From: Lewinellaceae bacterium
Lineage (GTDB): Bacteria > Bacteroidota > Bacteroidia > Chitinophagales > Saprospiraceae
Length of the DNA stretch: 64,000 nucleotides
Assembly (NCBI GenBank): GCA_040382095.1
Contig: JBEIGB010000001.1
Location: 2,269 to 66,268, forward strand
Reading direction: 5' to 3'
A program made the translations under genes and the position numbers. Positions 60,417-64,000 of the stretch are shown in pieces. Each line of letters opens with the position of its first letter. Positions within the stretch are counted from its first letter, which is position 1. Under the pieces are notes generated by a model. The model ran no database searches, was not told where the DNA came from, and worked only from the letters and a program-made list of their open reading frames with translations.

Positions 60417-61094
60417 ATGATCTTCCAATTGCTGCTGGCTGTTGTACCTGGGTTGGCCATTGCCTGGTTTATCTATCGGATAGATAAATACGAGCGGGAA
60501 AAATTTTTTCCACTGACCCTGGCTTTTTTACTGGGCATGTTGATTACTCTCCCTATCATGGAAGCCCAAAAATGGTTCTTCACAATGGGCTGGGAGCAGT
60601 CGGCGTCGCTCTTTCCCGCCCTGTTTGTTTCTTTTATCCTTGTTTCCCTTCCCGAAGAAACGGTAAAATTCCTTGCACTCCTGTTCTCCTCTGCCCATAA
60701 ACGGCATTTTAACGAGCCTTTAGACGGTATTGTGTATTCAGTAATGATCAGCATGGGGTTTGCCACACTCGAAAATATCTATTACGCCCTGGAATTTGGG
60801 ATGCCGACGACCGCCTTACGTGCCCTCACCGCCGTACCAGCACATGCCGTATTTGCCGCTATGATGGGCTATTATGTAGGCAAAGCAACATTCCAAACAC
60901 AAAAAAAGCGACCGCTGCTCTTGAAGGGTTGGGCTGTAGCCATCACCGTACATGGCATCTACGACTTCTTCATCATCCAGGAAATATACGATGCACTCGC
61001 CTTACTCGCTATTGTCACCCTGACCATCAGCCTGTTTTTTGCCTTTAGGCTGATCAGGGAAGGGCAGGAAGCTTCACCGTTTAAAAAAGAGTAA
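60417..61094 (+). CDS. PrsW-family intramembrane protease
   Basis: Sequence LLAVVPGLAIAWFIYRIDKYEREKF. ExxK-type motif PEETVKFLAL and HGIYDF (HxxxD). Multi-pass. Trimmed to the ATG at 60417. Confidence 0.8.
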   Translation: MIFQLLLAVVPGLAIAWFIYRIDKYEREKFFPLTLAFLLGMLITLPIMEAQKWFFTMGWEQSASLFPALFVSFILVSLPEETVKFLALLFSSAHKRHFNEPLDGIVYSVMISMGFATLENIYYALEFGMPTTALRALTAVPAHAVFAAMMGYYVGKATFQTQKKRPLLLKGWAVAITVHGIYDFFIIQEIYDALALLAIVTLTISLFFAFRLIREGQEASPFKKE

Positions 61095-61126
61095 GATCGC
61101 CGGTCGTTGTACCTCCGCTCCTGGTT

Positions 61127-61468
61127 TTATTTACTAAGCTTTTCATTCCCCGCATGACGCTCCGCGTCCCGCACCGTTTTCTTTTCCAGATTTTTTTTCA
61201 ATGCTTCACCAAGATCAACCCCAGTTTGGTTCGCGATACAAACCAGCACAAATAATACGTCCGCCAACTCATCGCTGAGATCCTCCCTGGCACTCAGCGC
61301 TTCCTCAGGTCGCTTAAAAGATTGTTCTCCATATATCCTCGCCATAAGACGGGCCACCTCGCCAACTTCCTCCATCAAAATCGCAGTATTCGTCAATTCG
61401 TTATAATATCGTACCCCGATAGTCCTGATCCAGGTATCTATTATTTGCTGCACTTCCCGGATTTCCAT
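61127..61468 (-). CDS. MazG-like nucleotide pyrophosphohydrolase
   Basis: LMEEVGEVARLM...ELADVLFVLVCIAN is the EExxE...ExxD MazG pattern. The ATG at 61468 overlaps the dtd stop by 1 nt (TGATG). Confidence 0.8.
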   Translation of the reverse strand: MEIREVQQIIDTWIRTIGVRYYNELTNTAILMEEVGEVARLMARIYGEQSFKRPEEALSAREDLSDELADVLFVLVCIANQTGVDLGEALKKNLEKKTVRDAERHAGNEKLSK

Positions 61469-61920
61469 CACTCTTTTGTTTTTGTGTCTATAATGATCGT
61501 GACCGGCCCGTCATTAATCAAAGCGACCTGCATATCCGCACCAAACTCCCCCGTCACCACAGGTACTTTTGCCCAAAAAGTCAGTTGTGCAATAAATTCC
61601 TCGTAAAGCGATATGGCCACCTCCGGACGGGCAGCCCGGATAAACGAAGGCCGGTTCCCTTTTTTTGTACCCGCAAATAAAGTGAACTGGCTGATGACCA
61701 GTATTTCTCCTCCGGCCTGCTGTATCGAAAGATTCATCAGCCCGGCTTCATCTGAAAAAATACGCAGGTTGGATATTTTCGCCGCTAACCATTCAACATC
61801 CTCCCTGCCGTCGGCATCCTCCACCCCTAAAAGGATTAAAAGACCCTTGCCAATGGAAGACTTTACCCTTCCTTCAATGGTCACAGAAGCTTTACTTACC
61901 CTTTGAATGACTGCACGCAT
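61468..61920 (-). CDS. dtd: D-aminoacyl-tRNA deacylase
   Basis: [17 protein letters not shown]...[10 protein letters not shown]...ISQFTLFA...GNRPSF. Trimmed to the ATG at 61920 (150 aa). Confidence 0.93.
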   Translation of the reverse strand: MRAVIQRVSKASVTIEGRVKSSIGKGLLILLGVEDADGREDVEWLAAKISNLRIFSDEAGLMNLSIQQAGGEILVISQFTLFAGTKKGNRPSFIRAARPEVAISLYEEFIAQLTFWAKVPVVTGEFGADMQVALINDGPVTIIIDTKTKE

Positions 61921-61953
61921 TCGCTTCCTAATTTTTTTATGGAAAAAAGCCAT

Positions 61954-62460
61954 TTTTGCCGCACGACGGAGCCTGGCGCAACGAGCCGATTTTTCAGAAC
62001 TTTGAGCAATATGTTTTCAACATCTTTCTTTGTGTATTGGTGTGGAATACACAGACTTTATCAACAATTGACCACTTTCCCTTTTTTTATGCACAATTGT
62101 CGTGTATTTTTCCCCGGTATTTAACGATTTATACCCGTAAAATTAAACGAAATCCACAGCATTATCACATTTTAAAACCCAACTGTGGAATTGTGGACTA
62201 AAAATACCAACATAACGGGGATAAAGTCTTTTAATCCCCTGAAATATGATTTTTAAATGTCAATATCCTGTGGATAACTCTACTTTTACAGGGAATCATT
62301 ATTTTTTTTGCATTGGCTGTGTACTCGCTTTCCACAAATCCACAGCACTAATGATGACTGGTAGTAATATTTTTTTTAAAAAGTTATTTTATTGTCATTA
62401 TTATAGGATTGTGGAAAACGCAGGGAACAATGTCTGCAAAATTTGTTTTGCATTGAAAAA
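61954..62460. other. DnaA-box cluster with AT-rich tract: candidate chromosomal replication origin (oriC) or DnaA-titration locus
   Basis: Eight or more TGTGGAWAA/TTWTCCACA-like 9-mers in both orientations. One is a perfect TGTGGATAA at 62269-62277. A 44-nt, 89% A+T tract at 62365-62408 abuts the box at 62410. The 507 bp show no convincing ORF. Flanking genes are divergent. Confidence 0.55.
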
Positions 62461-63552
62461 ATGGATACGATGGTTCATGAAAAACATGCTTTGCAAGTCC
62501 CCCGTACCTATCCACGGGCGGTTACGATTTGGTTGATGACGGGTATATTACTTGTTTTTTTTCAGGTGGTGATTGGAGGGGTCACCCGGCTTACAGGCTC
62601 TGGGCTGTCTATTACCAAGTGGGAAATTATTACCGGTACGTTTCCACCAATGAGCACTGAAGCCTGGCAAGAGGCTTTTGATCTGTATAAAGCAACGCCT
62701 CAATATCAGAAAATCAACCAGGGGATGACGATGGGGGAGTTCCGCTTCATTTATTTCTGGGAATATTTCCATCGTCTTTGGGCGAGGATGATGGGGATGG
62801 TGTTTGTGATTCCTTTCTTTATTTTCTGGCGAAAGGGATGGATTGACAAGATGCTTATGCGCCGCCTGCTGGTGGTTATCGCACTTGCAGCGCTTGTCGC
62901 TTCTTTTGGCTGGATAATGGTCGCGAGCGGGTTGACAGACCGCCCCTGGGTAAATGCTTACAAGTTGTCCATACATCTTTCCCTCGCACTGATCCTTTAT
63001 AGTTATTTGTTTTGGACGATGTTGAAAACTTATGGGTTTTTTCCACAGGTTATTAACAATTTTGCCCTGAAAAGATGGGGGCTGGCTGTTGGGGTACTGC
63101 TCGCGGTCCAGATTGTCATCGGTGGGGTAATGTCGGGGATGAAAGCGGGAATATATTACCCAACCTGGCCCGACTACAACGGGGCGTATATCCCCGGGGT
63201 ATTAATGGACCCGGAGGCATGGGATACGGGTAATCTTTCCGGCTACGATAGTAGTCCTTTTGCTCCGTCATTGATCCATTTTTTGCATAGAAATATCGCT
63301 TATGTATTGATTGTCATTGGATTAATTTTCAGTGTATATGTATTGCGGGCGACAAGCTCACCCATATTGCGCCGCGGTGTCTGGGCGATGGCAGGCCTGT
63401 TTTTAGTGCAGATAATGTTAGGGATCATAACGGTCATTAACAGCCTTGGGATTATCCCGGTAGGCTGGGGCGTATTGCATCAGGCAGGCGCGATGTTACT
63501 GCTCTCGGCAGTATTATATGTGAATTTTCATCTATATATAAAAAGCAAATAA
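62461..63552 (+). CDS. ctaA: Heme A synthase (COX15/CtaA family)
   Basis: FQVVIGGVTRLTGSGLSITKWEIITG, about 8 TM helices, with conserved His in FHRLWA and LHRNIAY. Trimmed to the ATG at 62461. Confidence 0.85.
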   Translation: MDTMVHEKHALQVPRTYPRAVTIWLMTGILLVFFQVVIGGVTRLTGSGLSITKWEIITGTFPPMSTEAWQEAFDLYKATPQYQKINQGMTMGEFRFIYFWEYFHRLWARMMGMVFVIPFFIFWRKGWIDKMLMRRLLVVIALAALVASFGWIMVASGLTDRPWVNAYKLSIHLSLALILYSYLFWTMLKTYGFFPQVINNFALKRWGLAVGVLLAVQIVIGGVMSGMKAGIYYPTWPDYNGAYIPGVLMDPEAWDTGNLSGYDSSPFAPSLIHFLHRNIAYVLIVIGLIFSVYVLRATSSPILRRGVWAMAGLFLVQIMLGIITVINSLGIIPVGWGVLHQAGAMLLLSAVLYVNFHLYIKSK

Positions 63553-63558
63553 ATTAAA

Positions 63559-63579
63559 TGTGGAAAAATATGTGGATAA
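63559..63579 (+). promoter_or_regulatory. Two direct DnaA boxes in the 33-bp ctaA-aat spacer
   Basis: TGTGGAAAA (63559-63567) and a perfect TGTGGATAA (63571-63579), 3 nt apart. They lie 7 nt upstream of the aat ATG. Confidence 0.45.
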
Positions 63580-63585
63580 CTTATT

Positions 63586-64000
63586 ATGGCAATTTATAGG
63601 CTTTCTAAAAACAATTTTGCATTTCCCCCGGTACATTTGGCCGACCAGGACGGTCTGCTGGCCATTGGTGGGGATTTAAACCCTCAGAGGCTTTTACAGG
63701 CGTATTCGGAAGGGATATTCCCCTGGTTTGGAGCGGACGAACCTTACCTTTGGTGGTCTCCTGATCCAAGGTTTGTACTGTTCACGGATGAATTGAAGGT
63801 CTCTAAAAGCATGCGTAATTACTTTAATGGCCAAAAGTTCCAGGTGACCTTTGACCGTGCATTCCGAAAGGTAGTGGAAAGCTGTAGGGACTCCTTCAGA
63901 AAAGGGCAGGATGGAACATGGATTACTTCTGAAATGCTGGATGCATATCATGCGTTACATCTTCTGGGCTATGCCCATTCAGTAGAGGTTTGGCAGGACG
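63586..64000 (+). CDS. aat: Leucyl/phenylalanyl-tRNA--protein transferase, 3'-truncated by window edge
   Basis: Manual translation from the ATG at 63586 gives MAIYRLSKNNFAFPPVHLADQDGLLAIGGDLNPQRLLQAYSEGIFPWFGADEPYLWWSPDPRFVLF...GTWITSEMLDAYHALHLLGYAHSVEVW. It is not in the ORF track because it has no stop in the window. Confidence 0.85.
   Translation, partial: MAIYRLSKNNFAFPPVHLADQDGLLAIGGDLNPQRLLQAYSEGIFPWFGADEPYLWWSPDPRFVLFTDELKVSKSMRNYFNGQKFQVTFDRAFRKVVESCRDSFRKGQDGTWITSEMLDAYHALHLLGYAHSVEVWQD

Noticed and set aside
61903-62536. Small ORFs 61903..62124, 61956..62201 and 62246..62536 in the dtd-ctaA gap.
   Set aside because: Their translations are AT-rich and low-complexity (F/I/N/C-rich) with no motifs. 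The region is better explained as non-coding DnaA-box/AT-rich DNA.

Overview
Dense 64-kb chromosomal window that looks like a Bacteroidota genome. Supporting signs are split F-type ATP synthase operons (atpBEFHAG on +, atpDC about 16 kb away on -), TAnnTTTG-type -7 promoter motifs, a fused E1 alpha/beta 2-oxoacid dehydrogenase, DUF5606, TM2/SHOCT, and a wHTH-CreD module. I count about 52 protein-coding genes, almost all housekeeping: uvrB, ppc, groES-groEL, a class A PBP, nadB, nadK, dtd, ctaA, aat, an RND efflux operon, peptidases and glycosyltransferases. I saw no rRNA, tRNA, CRISPR array, transposase or integrase. Two genes run off the window edges and are missing from the ORF track; I found them by manual translation (1..1205 minus; aat 63586..64000 plus). 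Many long track ORFs are antisense shadows of conserved genes and were rejected. Several track ORFs start at upstream TTG/GTG codons, and I trimmed these to conserved ATG starts.

Main points for a second look:
1. A cluster of at least 8 DnaA-box-like 9-mers plus an AT-rich tract lies in the 507-bp gap between dtd and ctaA. This is a candidate oriC or DnaA-titration locus. Two more boxes sit just after ctaA.
2. A 954-aa SF1 (UvrD/REP-like) helicase is fused to an N-terminal RelE/ParE-like domain and a C-terminal ankyrin region.
3. A HipB-like HTH gene is translationally coupled to a short HipA homologue whose kinase catalytic motifs look degenerate.
4. A GH109/Gfo-Idh-MocA-like gene is split by a +1 frameshift in a G6 homopolymer.
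5. Several intergenic nested inverted-repeat elements form a family with related termini (GGTTGTGnGAAAAG).
6. Several perfect palindromes are candidate operators.

All functional calls rest on motif and family recognition by eye. No database searches were run.
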